Shown here one piece after another: positions 11,185-21,944 of a stretch of 64,000 nt of DNA. This DNA is from Gemmatimonadaceae bacterium (GTDB lineage: Bacteria; Gemmatimonadota; Gemmatimonadetes; Gemmatimonadales; Gemmatimonadaceae): NCBI GenBank assembly GCA_035444005.1, contig DAOMNV010000007.1:11604-75603 (forward strand), read 5' to 3'. A model generated the notes under the pieces. It was not told where the DNA came from. It saw only the letters and a program-made list of their open reading frames with translations, and did no database searches. Position numbers and translations under genes: made by a program. Every line of letters begins with the position of its first letter. The stretch's first letter is position 1.

Positions 11185-14100
11185 ATGCGCCGTTGGCTGC
11201 TCGCTGTCGCCCTCCTCGCCGCCGCCCCCGCGCTCTCCGCGCCTGCGCTCCACGCGCAGATGGGCCCGTACTTCGGCCAGAACCAGGTCCAGTACCGCAA
11301 GTTCCGCTGGCAGATCCTCCGCACGCCGCACTTCGACGTGCACTACTACCCGGAGCTGGAAGAAGTCGCGCGCTACACCGGCCAGATGGCCGAGCGCTCC
11401 TATGAGCGCCTGCGCCGCGTCTTCGGCCACGAGTTCCGCGAGCGCAAGCCGATCATCATCTGGGGCTCGCGCAACGAGTTCGCCCAGAACAACGTCATCG
11501 GCGACGCGGGCGAAGGCACGCTCGGCGTCACCGACGCGCTGCGCCAGCGCAATATGTTCTTCTTCGCCGGCGATATGCGGCAGAGCGAGCACACGCTCAC
11601 GCACGAGATGGTGCACGTCTTCCAGTTCGACATCTTCGCCCGCGGCCGCGCCGGCGCGGGCCTGCAGGACCTCGGCCGCGTGCAGCCGCCGCTGTGGTTT
11701 ATGGAGGGGATGGCCGAGTACGTGACGAACGGCCCCGGCCACAACGCCACCGACGCCGTGATGCGCGACGCCGCGCTCAACGGCAACATCCCCAGCGTCC
11801 AGCAGATGACGCAGCGGCCGGACCTGTTCTTCCCCTACCGCTTCGGCGAATCCTTCTGGGCCTACGTCGCCGGCCGCTGGGGCGACGAGGTGATCGGCGA
11901 GGTGATGAGCGCCTCCGTCTCGCTGGGCATCGAACGCGCCTTCCGCCGCTACACCGGCACCGACCTCGAGGACCTCGGCGAGGAATGGAAGGAGCACGTG
12001 CAGACGACCTTCCTGCCGGGCATCGCCGAGCTGGAGCGGCCGCGGCGCTATGCGCAGCCGCTGCTCTCGCAGCGCCGCACGGGCGGCCTCGTCAACGTCT
12101 ACGTGGCCCCCGCGCTCTCGCCCGACGGCCGCAACATCGCCTTCATCTCGCTGGGCTCGCTGCTGCGCGCCGAGGTCTTCCTCGACCTCTACCTCGCCGA
12201 CGCCAACACCGGCGAGCGCAAGGCGCGGCTCACGAAGAGCACGCTCAACCCCGAGTACGAGGAGCTGCGCTACGGCTACTCGCAGGGCGCGTTCTCGCCG
12301 GACGGCCGCTACTTCGCCTTCACGGCGCAGCGCGACGGCAAGGACATCCTCTACATCCACGACGTGCGGCGCAACCGCACGCACCGGCGGTTGGAGACGG
12401 AGCTCGTCGCGATGATCGGCCCCACCTGGTCGCCCGACGGGCGGCGCATCGTGTTCTCGGGCCTCGCGAACGGGATGACCAACCTGTATATGATCGACGC
12501 CGACGGCCGCAACCTGCGGCAGTTGACGGACGACGTGTACGGCGACCTGCAGCCCTCGTGGTCGCCGGACGGCCGCTGGATCGCCTTCGCGTCGGAGCGC
12601 GGCCCGCAGACGGACCTCGAGACGCTCAAGTTCGGCGAGTGGCAGATCTCCGTGCTCGACCTCGAGTCCAACGAAGTGCGCGTGCTGCCGCAGCAGGCGG
12701 GCAAGAACCTCAACCCGCAGTGGGCGCCGGACGGGCAGTCGATCGCCTTCCTCTCCGACCGTACGGGCATCGCGCAGCTGTTCCTCTTCGACCTCAACGA
12801 CGAGCGGCACTACCAGCTGACGAAGTTCGTCGGCGGCATCACCTCGCTCACCGAGCACAGCCCGGCGATCACCTGGGCGCAGCAGGCCGACAAGCTGGCC
12901 TTCGTGTACCAGGACAACGGCGACTACCAGGTGTGGTCGATCGCCAACCCGCGCGCGCTCAAGAAGGAGCCCTTCGTGGAGCGTCCGCAGGTGATCGCGG
13001 CGGCGGCAGTCCGTGTATCTCAGCGCCGGCGGCTGGCGCCCCGGCGACGCGGTGATCAGCGGGCCCGGCGGCAGCGGCATCTCGATCGCCGCGCTCAACG
13101 ACAGCGCCTCGCTGGCCCTGCCCGACGCCGCGACCTTCCGCACCGCGCAGTACCGCAGCCGGCTCGCGCCCGAGTACGTCGCGCGACCGCAGATCGGCTA
13201 CGCGCAGGACAACTTCGGCCGCGGCGTCTTCGGCCAGACGGCGATCGTGCTCTCCGACCTCGTCGGCAACCGCCGGCTCGCGATCGCCGGCGGCATCAAC
13301 GGCCGCATCTCCGAGGCGCAGGTCTTCGCGCTCTACAGCGACTTCAGCGGCCGCACGCCCTGGTCCGTCGGCCTGCAGCAGTATCCGTTCTTCTTCCTCA
13401 CCGGCTACAGCCAGACCGGCGTCGGCGGCGGCACCGTCATCGAGCAGCAGACGATCACGCGCTTCATCTCGCGATCGGCCGTCGCCAACGCCTCCTACCC
13501 GCTCAACCGCTTCTCCCGCTTCGAGTACGGCGCGACGCTCAACAACATCGATCGCTCGCTGATGTACACGACGCAGCAGTACAACTTCAACACCGGCTTC
13601 TCGACGGGCTTCTTCGTCGACTCGATCGTCAACGGCGCCTCGCTCAACTACGCGGCGCCGTACGTGGCCTTCGTGCACGACAACGCGCTGATGGGCGCCA
13701 CCGGCGGCATCTACGGCCGACGCTCGCGCTTCCAGATCGAGCACACCGCCGGCACCGTGCAGTGGACCACCTACACCGTGGACTACCGCCGCTACGACGC
13801 GCTGCTCTTCAGCTTCCTCACGCTGGCCACGCGCTTCTCGGCCAGCATCAGCGCCGGCCCCGACGAGCTCGAGTTCCCCAAGTACATCGGCCGCCCCGAC
13901 TTCATCCGCGGCTACGACCGCGAGACCTACGCCGGCGGCGTCTGCGAAACCTCGCTCTCCGACCCGCAGTCCTGCTCCGCCCTGCAGCTCCTCGGCAGCC
14001 GCGTGGCCTTCGCCAACGCCGAGCTGCGCTTCCCGCTCGTGCGCCAGTTCGTGCTCGGCGTGCTGCCGATCGCCCTGCCGCCCGTCGACGGCCTGTTCTT

Positions 14101-14320
14101 CTACGACATCGGCGCCGCCTGGTCCAAGGACCAGCGCCTCTACCCGCAGCGGCCCAACAACTACGACTTCGCCTACGAGCGCTACCCCCTGCGCAGCTAC
14201 GGCTTCGGCATCCGGCTCAACCTCTTCAACATCGCCCTCGTCCGCTGGGACTACTCGATCCCGCTCGACGGCAGCAACCGCAAGGGCTACTGGTTCTGGA
14301 CGCTGGGGCAGTCGTTCTGA
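11185..14320 (+). CDS. large exported protein: peptidase-like N-domain (HEMVH) + PD40/TolB-like beta-propeller repeats + C-terminal Omp85/BamA-like beta-barrel; the reading frame shifts near 12995-13015 (frameshift or sequencing error)
   Basis: Frame 1 (11185-about 13010) has a signal peptide, an HExxH motif and multiple WSPDGR-type PD40 repeats. Frame 2 (12995-14320) encodes a beta-barrel ending ...YWFWTLGQSF with a C-terminal Phe. The two frames overlap by only 18 nt in a GCGGCGGCGGCA run. Confidence 0.6.
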
Positions 14321-14346
14321 GCCGCGCGCGCGAGTATTTTTCGCGC

Positions 14347-15888
14347 GTGGCTCTTCCCCGACGATTCCCCCTGATCGCCCGCGGGCGCGGCGCTGGCCGC
14401 CGCGCCCTGCTCCTCGCCGGCTTCGCCCTCGCCATCGGCTGCGGTGACGCCCGCGTCTCCTCGGGCGGCGCGATCGCCGCCAGCGGCCCGGACGCCGTGC
14501 TGCTGCGCGTGCCCGCCGCCGGCGGCACCGCCCTCGCCCACCGCGCCGGCGACGACAGCACCCTCTGGTCCTCGCGCAGCCGCGTCCCCGCCTCCGAGCG
14601 CCTCCTCGGCTTCGACGACTTCCTCGGCATCGCCCTGCTCCGCGAGCCCAGCGGCCACATCAGCTCGCTGGACCTCCGCCTCGGCACCGTCACGCGCCTC
14701 GCCGACCAACGCCTGCCGCCGCGCCTCGTCGCCGAGGGCGCGGCCGTCTTCGGCCTCGAGGAGAACGGCCGCATCGTGCGCCTCACGCCCTCGGTCACCT
14801 GGAGCTGGCCCGTGCCGGGCGGCGCCACGGCACTGGTGCCCACGCCCGACGGCTCGCTGCTCGTCATCAGCACGGCCGAGGGCCGCAGCCGCGTCATCCG
14901 CATCGTGCCGCCGGAATCGCGCACGCTCGACTCCGCGACCATCGGCGCCGTGCGCCTCGCCGCGCGCACGCTCTCCGGCGACCGCCTCTGGGCCGTCACC
15001 GCCGACGGACTGGTATCGCTGCGCACGCGCGACCTCTCGCAGGCCTTCGAGCTGCGCATCAGCGACAGCATCGTCGGCTTCGCCCTCACGCCCAGCGGCG
15101 ACCGCGCCTTCGTCGCCACCGACGAGGACGAGCTGCGCATCGTCGACCGCTACGCCGAGCGCGAACGCGGCCGCGTCGCGCTGCCCGGCCGCGTCACCGA
15201 CCTGCGGATGGATCCCGACGGCCACTACCTACTCGCCAAGGCCGCCGGCGTCGACTCCGCCTACGTGATCAGCATCGGCACAGAGCGCGTGGTGGGCACG
15301 CTGGCCAGCGCCTGGCGCGACGACCTCCCGCTGGTCACGCCCGACGGCCGCGTGCTCGTCGTGCAGGGCGATCACGCCGTGCTGCTCGACGCCGAGTCGG
15401 GCCGCGAGCGCCTGCGCTATCGCAACGGTGCCGCCGACCGCTGGCTGCTGATCCGCTACAACGGCTTCCGCCCCCGCGCCGCTGGCCTCGACCGGCCCGT
15501 GGAGTTCGAGGAGTACGCGCAGGATTCCGCCTCCGCCGATTCCGCGCTCACGGCGATGATCTACGGTCGCTACGGCGACCTCGGCAGCGTGGGCCGCGCC
15601 GCACCGATGGAGAACGCCCCCGCCCCGCCGCCGGCGCAGCGCCCCACCGGCACGGACCTGCGCGGCACCTGGAGCGTGTCGTTCGCGACGATGATGACCG
15701 AGGACCGCGCCAAGTCGATGGCCGACAGCATCGTCGTCGACGGCCGTCGCGCCCGCGTGGTGCCCGGCCTGCGCGACGGCGTGCAGGTCTGGCGCGTACT
15801 GCTCGGGCCCTTCGAGACGCGGCAGGCCGCCGAGCGCGCGGGGATGGCCTCGCGCCTGAGCTACTGGGTGTTCGAGGGCGCGCCGTGA
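14347..15888 (+). CDS. lipoprotein with a C-terminal SPOR (peptidoglycan-binding) domain
   Basis: GTG start. The signal peptide plus lipobox LAIGC indicates a lipoprotein. The C-terminal about 75 aa (TWSVSFATMMTEDRAKSMADSIVVDGRRARVV...WRVLLGPF) is SPOR-like. The 1567-aa ORF in the six-frame track is a high-GC artefact spanning three genes. Confidence 0.6.
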   Translation: MALPRRFPLIARGRGAGRRALLLAGFALAIGCGDARVSSGGAIAASGPDAVLLRVPAAGGTALAHRAGDDSTLWSSRSRVPASERLLGFDDFLGIALLREPSGHISSLDLRLGTVTRLADQRLPPRLVAEGAAVFGLEENGRIVRLTPSVTWSWPVPGGATALVPTPDGSLLVISTAEGRSRVIRIVPPESRTLDSATIGAVRLAARTLSGDRLWAVTADGLVSLRTRDLSQAFELRISDSIVGFALTPSGDRAFVATDEDELRIVDRYAERERGRVALPGRVTDLRMDPDGHYLLAKAAGVDSAYVISIGTERVVGTLASAWRDDLPLVTPDGRVLVVQGDHAVLLDAESGRERLRYRNGAADRWLLIRYNGFRPRAAGLDRPVEFEEYAQDSASADSALTAMIYGRYGDLGSVGRAAPMENAPAPPPAQRPTGTDLRGTWSVSFATMMTEDRAKSMADSIVVDGRRARVVPGLRDGVQVWRVLLGPFETRQAAERAGMASRLSYWVFEGAP

Positions 15889-17183
15889 CGCCAGACCTCG
15901 TGCCGCCCGAGGCCTGGGCGGACGAAGGCCAGCGTTGCGCCCCCCAGCTCAGCGACATCGCCGCCGCCGTCGTCGTCGGCCGCGATGCCGATGCCACGGC
16001 GGCCGTCGCGCTCGGATTGGCCCGCGCCTGCGCGGGCGAGCGCCGGGTGGCCGTGGCCGATCTCATCGGCGGCGTCAGCCTGCTCACGCCCCTCGACGAC
16101 CAGCCCGGCCTGCTCGAGTGCTTGCGCGACGGCATCGCCGTCTCGGAGATCGGCCAGCCCCTCGCCGAAGCCCCCGACGTGTATTTGCTGCCGGCCGGCC
16201 GCGGGCCCATCGCCGAGCGCTGGGTGTTCGAGAGCGCCCGCTGGGACCGCCTCGTGGGCGGCTTTCGCGAGGTCGATGCCCTGCTGCTCCTCGTCGCGCA
16301 GGTCGGTGCCCCGGGCCTCGACCGCTTGATCGAGCGCGTGGACGGCGTCGTCGCCGTGGACCTGCCGCCCGCCGTGCTACGCACGCTGCCGCTGATCGCC
16401 ACCGTGGACCACCCGGAGCCCGAGCTGCCCCCGATCCCCGGCACGCCGGCTCCGGGCTCGCAGCGGGCCGTGGCGGCCCCGCGTGGGCCGCGGAAGATCG
16501 GGCGCTGGATTCTCGCGGCGCTGCTCGTGCTGGCGGCGCTGGGATTCGGATTCCGCGAACAGTTGGCGGCACTCGCCGAGCGCGCTGCCGACAGCGAGCC
16601 GGCGCCTGCGCCCGACAGCGCCCAAGCCAGCGGCGGGACGGAGGCCAGCCCCCTGCCCGCCACCGATTTCTCCCTCGGCCCCGTTGTCAACCCCGCCGAC
16701 TCCGCCAGCGCCCTGCGATTCAGCGTCGAACTCGTAGCGGCGAACAGCCTCTCGGGTGCAAATTCAGGGCTTACGTCGCGCGGGGATTCTTATCCGATTC
16801 CCACCGTGGCGCCGGTGCTGCTCGGTAGCGCCCCGACGGTGTGGTATCGCGCGATGGTCGGTGCCTGGGCCAGCAAGGCCGAGGCCGAGGCTTGGCTCGA
16901 TCACCAGCGGGCCTTGGGGCTCGTGCGCAGTGGCGTCGGGCGCGTGCGGGAAGCGCCGTTTGCGTTGCAGTTGTTCGAGGGCCCCCGCGAGGAGGCCCTG
17001 GCCCAGTCCCTGCAGTTGGGCAGCGAGGACGTGCACGTCTACGTGCTCGAGACATCCGATGGCCGCGTCCGCGTACTCGCGGGCGCCTTTGAATCGGCGA
17101 GCCAGGCCCTCTGGTTCGCAGCGCAGTTGCACGAGCGCGGGCTCTCCCCGCAGCTCGCGTACAGAACCGGGAGAACGTTCTAA
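15885..17183 (+). CDS. membrane-anchored hypothetical protein with C-terminal SPOR-like repeats
   Basis: Overlapping GTG start. A single TM segment (RWILAALLVLAALGFGF) is followed by Pro/Ala-rich linker and C-terminal ...WYRAMVGAWASKAEAEAWL... / ...VRVLAGAFESASQALWFAAQL SPOR-like modules. Confidence 0.5.
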   Translation: MTPDLVPPEAWADEGQRCAPQLSDIAAAVVVGRDADATAAVALGLARACAGERRVAVADLIGGVSLLTPLDDQPGLLECLRDGIAVSEIGQPLAEAPDVYLLPAGRGPIAERWVFESARWDRLVGGFREVDALLLLVAQVGAPGLDRLIERVDGVVAVDLPPAVLRTLPLIATVDHPEPELPPIPGTPAPGSQRAVAAPRGPRKIGRWILAALLVLAALGFGFREQLAALAERAADSEPAPAPDSAQASGGTEASPLPATDFSLGPVVNPADSASALRFSVELVAANSLSGANSGLTSRGDSYPIPTVAPVLLGSAPTVWYRAMVGAWASKAEAEAWLDHQRALGLVRSGVGRVREAPFALQLFEGPREEALAQSLQLGSEDVHVYVLETSDGRVRVLAGAFESASQALWFAAQLHERGLSPQLAYRTGRTF

Positions 17184-20100
17184 GTGCGGTTGACCAAGCT
17201 CGAATTGCACGGCTTCAAGTCCTTTGCCGATCCGGTGTTCCTGACGTTCGAGCCGGGTGCCACGGCGATCGTCGGGCCGAACGGCTGCGGCAAGTCCAAC
17301 GTCTCCGACGCCGTGCGCTGGGTGCTCGGCGAACAGCGCGCCCGCCTGCTCCGCGGCGGCAAGATGGAAGACGTCATCTTCCAGGGCAGCTCCGCGCGCC
17401 GCGCGACCAACGTCGCCGAAGTCTCGCTGCACTTCGAGAATTCCGACGGGATGCTCCCCGTGCCGTTCCAGGAAGTCGTCATCACGCGGCGCCTCTCGCG
17501 CAGCGGCGAGAGCGAGTACTTCCTCAACCGCGCGCCCTGCCGCCTGCGCGACATCCACGATCTCGTGCGCGGCACCGGACTCGGCGCCGACTCCGGCGTG
17601 GTGATCGAGAGCAAGATGATCGACGCGCTGCTCTCCGACCGGCCCGACGACCGTCGCGAGCTCTTCGAGGAAGCCGCCGGCGTCGGTCTCTATCGCGATC
17701 GCCGTCGCAGCACGGAGCGCCAGCTCGAAGCCACCTCCGGCGACCTCGTGCGCATCGACGACCTCACGTCGGAAGTGCAGACGCAGGTGCGCTCGCTGCT
17801 CCGCCAGCGCAACAAGGCCGAGAAGCACGCCAGCATCACCACGCGCCGCTTCGCCGTGGAGCTCACGCTCGCCTCGCGCGAGATGGCCTCGTGGCAGCAG
17901 GAGCTCGTCGACCTCGACACCCGCCTCGGCGGACTTCGCGAGAACCTCCCGGCCGCGCAGCAGGCCGTGCGCGACGCCGAGGTCGCCCGCGATCTCGCGC
18001 AGGCCGCCCGTGCCGCCGCCGAGACCGCGCGCCAGGAGCGCGCCATCGTCGCCGCGCAGGCCCGCCAGAGCGTGCTCGAGCTGCAGCAGGAACTCGCCGT
18101 CGCCGAGGAGCGCCACCGCAATGCGCTCACGCGCCGCGAGCGCGCGCTGCAGGAGCAGCAGGAAGGCGCCGCCTTCGGCGATCGCCTGCAGGGCGAGATG
18201 GACGCCGCCCAGGCCGAGGAGACGCTCTGCACCGAGCAGCTGCACGAGGCGCTGGAGATCCTCCGCGAGAAGGTCGCCGCCGAGGAGGAAGCCCGTAGCG
18301 CCGTGGCCAACGCCCGCCAGAACGCCGACGCCGCCGATCGCGTCACCCGCGAGCTGCGCGACACCGCGCGACGCCTCGAGCTGGAACGCGAGAACGCCGA
18401 GCGCGAGCTCGCCGACGTCGCACAGCGTACGGCCGCGCTGGTGGCCGAGCACGAGGCCCTGACCTCGCGCCTGCAGCTCGCCGAGCGCGAGCTGGCCTCG
18501 GCCGATGAGCAGTTGGAGATGGCCCGCGAAGCCGCATCCGCCGCCGAAGCCGCGCTGGAGCAGTCGCGCGCCGCGGCGCGTGAGGCCCGCGACCGCGAAG
18601 CCGCCGCCCGCGCCGACGTGCGTCGCGTCGAGGAAGAACACACCGCCGTGCAGGGCCGCCTCGCCGCGCTCGAAGGCCTCGAGCGCGAGCGCGTGGGCCT
18701 CGCCCCTGCCGCCGCCAAGCTGCTGCGCGAACGCGAGCGCTTCGGCAGCGATGCCGTGCTCGGACCGCTCTCCGACTTCATCGGCGCGGATGCTGCGGTC
18801 GCTGCGCAGATCGAGCGCTTTCTCGGTGCCACCGTGCACGCCGTGGTCGTGCGCGACCGCGCCGCCGCCGACGCCGTGCGCGCCTGGCACAGCGAGACCA
18901 ACCCCGGCGCCCTGCTGCTGCTCCCGCTCGATGCACTGCACGACGGCAATGGCAACGTCGCCCCCGACGAACTCGCCGCGCGCGTGCGCGCCGAGGGCGC
19001 CGGTGGCAATTGGGTCCGTGCCCTGCTCGGTAAGGTGAAGGCGACGCCCGAAGGCAACGGCTTCATCGACGCACGTGGCGCGATGTGGCTGCCCGCCAAG
19101 GATTCCGGTTCGGCCGGCCCCCTCACGCGGCGCGCCGAGCTCGAGGAACTGCGCGCCACGCTCGCCAACGTCGACCTGCGTCGCGCCGAGGTGCAGCAGC
19201 GCGCGCAGGCTGTGCACGACGAAGTCGTGCAGGCCGAGTCCGCTGCGGCTGCCGCGGCCGACAACGCCGCCGCGGCACAGCAGTCGCTCGCCCAGGCTTC
19301 GCAGGCCCGCAGCGAGCGCGATCGCGTGCGCGAGCGCGCGGCCCGCGAGCTCGCCGACGCCGTCGCGCTGCAGGAGCGCCTCGCCGGCCGTCACACCGAG
19401 CTCGGCGACCGCGTCAACGCCTCGCTCGTGCGCCAGGAAGAGACCACGCAGAAGCTCGTCGACGCCGACGAGCAGGCCAGCACCGCGCGTGGCTTGCTTG
19501 CCACCGCCGAGCGGGCGCAGGACGAAGCCCGCGAGGCCCGCGCCGCGCAGCAGGTGGCGCACGCGCAGGCCGAGGCGCGGCGGCAGGTCGCCACGGAGCG
19601 TCGCGAGCGTTTGGCGCGCGAGCGTGCCGCCGCGGCGGATCGCCTCGTGGCCCTCGAACGCGAGATGCAGGCGCTGGCCGAGCAGGACGGCCAGCTCGAA
19701 GAGCAGATGGGCGTCTGGCAGCAGGAGCTGGCGGCGCGTCGCGCCAGCCAGGCCGAGGCCGACGAAGCCCTGCGCGGCGCCGAACAGGCCGTGCGCGAGA
19801 CGGAATCGGAGCTGCAGTCCGCCATCACCGCGCTCGACGCCGCGCGCATCGAGGCCAACAGCAGCAACGAGACGCTGCACGTCGCCGAACTGCGCCACAC
19901 CGAGTTGAGCGGCAAGCGCGCGGCCATCCGCGAGCGCCTGGAGACCGAGTGGCGCCGTCCGCTCGACGAACTCTTCGCCAATTACGAGCCCGTCGAGGCC
20001 GAAGAGGACGCCCTGCGCGCCGAAGCCGAGGACCTGCGCAGGCAGATCGAGCAGCTCGGCCCCGTGAACCCGCTGGCCATCGAGGAGCACGAGGAGGAGA

Positions 20101-20708
20101 CCAAGCGTCTCGAGTTCCTCACCACGCAGCGGGCCGACTTGGTCGAGGCGCAGGCCAAGCTGCAGCAGGCCATCAAGGAGATCGACGTCACGGCGCGCGA
20201 TCTGTTCTTGGCGACCTTCGCACAGGTGCGTGCGCACTTCCGCGAGATCTTCATGACGCTGTTCGGCGGTGGTGAGTGCGACCTGCGCCTCGAGGATCCG
20301 GAGCGTCCGCTGGACTGCGACATCGAGATCCACGCCAGCCCGCGCGGCAAGCGTACGCAGCGCATCCACCTGCTCTCGAGCGGGGAACGCGCCCTCGTCG
20401 CCCTGTCTTTGTTGTTTGGCATCTTCCTCACCAAGCCCAGCCCGTTCTGCCTGCTGGACGAAGTGGACGCGCCGCTCGACGACCAGAACATCGGGCGCTT
20501 CGTGAAGATGCTCAACCAGTTCAAGACCAAGACGCAGTTCATCGTGATCACGCACAATCCGCGCACTACGACCGAGGCGGCCGATGCCGTCTACGGCGTG
20601 ACGATGCAGGAGCCCGGTGTGTCGTCGCTCGTCTCCGTGCGGATGCGCGGTGGACCGGCGGTGGACGCCACCGAGGCGGAACCGGCGGGCGCCGCGAGCC
20701 CCGCGTAA
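17184..20708 (+). CDS. smc: chromosome segregation protein SMC
   Basis: 1174 aa with the N-terminal Walker A motif (GPNGCGKSNVSDAVRWVLGEQ), long coiled coils and a C-terminal signature (LSSGERALVALSLLFG...LLDEVDAPLD). Confidence 0.9.
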   Translation: MRLTKLELHGFKSFADPVFLTFEPGATAIVGPNGCGKSNVSDAVRWVLGEQRARLLRGGKMEDVIFQGSSARRATNVAEVSLHFENSDGMLPVPFQEVVITRRLSRSGESEYFLNRAPCRLRDIHDLVRGTGLGADSGVVIESKMIDALLSDRPDDRRELFEEAAGVGLYRDRRRSTERQLEATSGDLVRIDDLTSEVQTQVRSLLRQRNKAEKHASITTRRFAVELTLASREMASWQQELVDLDTRLGGLRENLPAAQQAVRDAEVARDLAQAARAAAETARQERAIVAAQARQSVLELQQELAVAEERHRNALTRRERALQEQQEGAAFGDRLQGEMDAAQAEETLCTEQLHEALEILREKVAAEEEARSAVANARQNADAADRVTRELRDTARRLELERENAERELADVAQRTAALVAEHEALTSRLQLAERELASADEQLEMAREAASAAEAALEQSRAAAREARDREAAARADVRRVEEEHTAVQGRLAALEGLERERVGLAPAAAKLLRERERFGSDAVLGPLSDFIGADAAVAAQIERFLGATVHAVVVRDRAAADAVRAWHSETNPGALLLLPLDALHDGNGNVAPDELAARVRAEGAGGNWVRALLGKVKATPEGNGFIDARGAMWLPAKDSGSAGPLTRRAELEELRATLANVDLRRAEVQQRAQAVHDEVVQAESAAAAAADNAAAAQQSLAQASQARSERDRVRERAARELADAVALQERLAGRHTELGDRVNASLVRQEETTQKLVDADEQASTARGLLATAERAQDEAREARAAQQVAHAQAEARRQVATERRERLARERAAAADRLVALEREMQALAEQDGQLEEQMGVWQQELAARRASQAEADEALRGAEQAVRETESELQSAITALDAARIEANSSNETLHVAELRHTELSGKRAAIRERLETEWRRPLDELFANYEPVEAEEDALRAEAEDLRRQIEQLGPVNPLAIEEHEEETKRLEFLTTQRADLVEAQAKLQQAIKEIDVTARDLFLATFAQVRAHFREIFMTLFGGGECDLRLEDPERPLDCDIEIHASPRGKRTQRIHLLSSGERALVALSLLFGIFLTKPSPFCLLDEVDAPLDDQNIGRFVKMLNQFKTKTQFIVITHNPRTTTEAADAVYGVTMQEPGVSSLVSVRMRGGPAVDATEAEPAGAASPA

Positions 20709-20720
20709 AGGAACGACGCA

Positions 20721-21743
20721 ATGTTGGTGGTGATGAAGCAGGGCGCGACGCCGGCGCAGGTCGAGGCGGTGTGCCAGTGGATCAAGGACAAGGGCTACAC
20801 GCCGCAGCCGATGCCGGGCGCCCAGCGCACCGCCGTCGGCCTCGTCGGCAATGACGGTCGCGTGGACGGCTCGCCGCTCGAGGATTATCCGGGCGTCGCC
20901 GAGATCATCTACGTCTCCAATCCGTACAAGCAGGTCTCGCGCGAGTGGAAGCAGGAGACCACGATCGTCGAGATCGCGCCGGGCGTGCGCTTCGGTGGCA
21001 CGGAGGTGCCGATCATCGCCGGGCCCTGCTCCGTCGAGAACGAGGCGCAGATCCTCGAGTCGGCGCGGCAGGTGAAGGCCGCCGGCGCCGTCGCGCTGCG
21101 CGGCGGGGCATTCAAGCCGCGTTCGTCGCCGTACTCGTTCCAGGGCCTGGGGCTCGAAGGCCTCAAGCTGCTCAGGCTCGCCAAGCAGGAGACGGGCCTG
21201 CCCATCGTGACCGAAGCGATGGACGAAGCCGGCGCCGAGCTGGTGGCCGAGTACGCCGATATGATCCAGATCGGCGCGCGCAATATGCAGAACTACTCGC
21301 TGCTGAAGGTGGCGGGCAAGCTGAAGAAGCCCGTGCTCCTCAAGCGCGGCATGGCGGCGACCATCCAAGACCTGCTGCTGAGCGCCGAGTACCTGCTCGC
21401 CGAGGGCAACCCGCACGTGGTGCTCTGCGAGCGCGGGCTACGCAGCTTCGATACCGCGAGCCGCAATCTCTTCGACCTCACGGCGATCCCCATCGTGCAG
21501 GGGCTCTCGCACCTGCCCATCGTCGCCGATCCCTCGCACGGCACGGGGCGGCGCGATAAGGTGCTGCCGATGTCGCGCGCGGCGGTGGCGGCGGGTGCGG
21601 ATGGCGTGATCATCGAAGTGCATCCGCAGCCCGAGAAGGCGATGAGCGACGGGGCGCAGTCGCAGACGCCTTCGCAGTTTGCCGAGACGGTGGTGCAGCT
21701 GAAGCGCGTGGCCGAGGCGATCGGGCGGCGGATCGCAGGCTAG
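20721..21743 (+). CDS. 3-deoxy-7-phosphoheptulonate (DAHP) synthase, type I-beta, with N-terminal ferredoxin-like regulatory domain
   Basis: The C-terminal KDO8P/DAHPS-type barrel ([13 protein letters not shown]...[19 protein letters not shown]...IGARNMQN) is preceded by an about 80-aa N-terminal regulatory domain. Confidence 0.85.
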   Translation: MLVVMKQGATPAQVEAVCQWIKDKGYTPQPMPGAQRTAVGLVGNDGRVDGSPLEDYPGVAEIIYVSNPYKQVSREWKQETTIVEIAPGVRFGGTEVPIIAGPCSVENEAQILESARQVKAAGAVALRGGAFKPRSSPYSFQGLGLEGLKLLRLAKQETGLPIVTEAMDEAGAELVAEYADMIQIGARNMQNYSLLKVAGKLKKPVLLKRGMAATIQDLLLSAEYLLAEGNPHVVLCERGLRSFDTASRNLFDLTAIPIVQGLSHLPIVADPSHGTGRRDKVLPMSRAAVAAGADGVIIEVHPQPEKAMSDGAQSQTPSQFAETVVQLKRVAEAIGRRIAG

Positions 21744-21754
21744 CTGCGAACGGC

Positions 21755-21882
21755 TTTCACCACGGAGACACGGGGGCTGCAACTGCAGGAACTGCACGTC
21801 TTGGGGGTTCGCACCGAATCATCGGCGCGGGCCCCCAATACTTTTCTGCTGTAGTCTCCGTGTCTCCGTGGTGAATGGCAGT
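21755..21882. repeat. family-B palindromic element
   Basis: TTCACCACGGAGACACGGGG...GTCTCCGTGTCTCCGTGGTGAATGGCAG with an internal CTGCAACTGCAG sub-palindrome. Confidence 0.7.
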
Positions 21883-21944
21883 TTCGAGGCATTACGCGCG
21901 TGATTTTCGTGGACTCGGCGCGCGCCGAGCGGTAAATTGCCGGT

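Noticed and set aside
11185-15888. Single 1567-aa ORF in the six-frame track
   Set aside because: The middle third is Arg/Pro/Ala-rich out-of-frame noise typical of high-GC DNA. The real content is three units: a frameshifted peptidase/PD40/Omp85 gene (to 14320), then a separate SPOR lipoprotein starting at GTG 14347.
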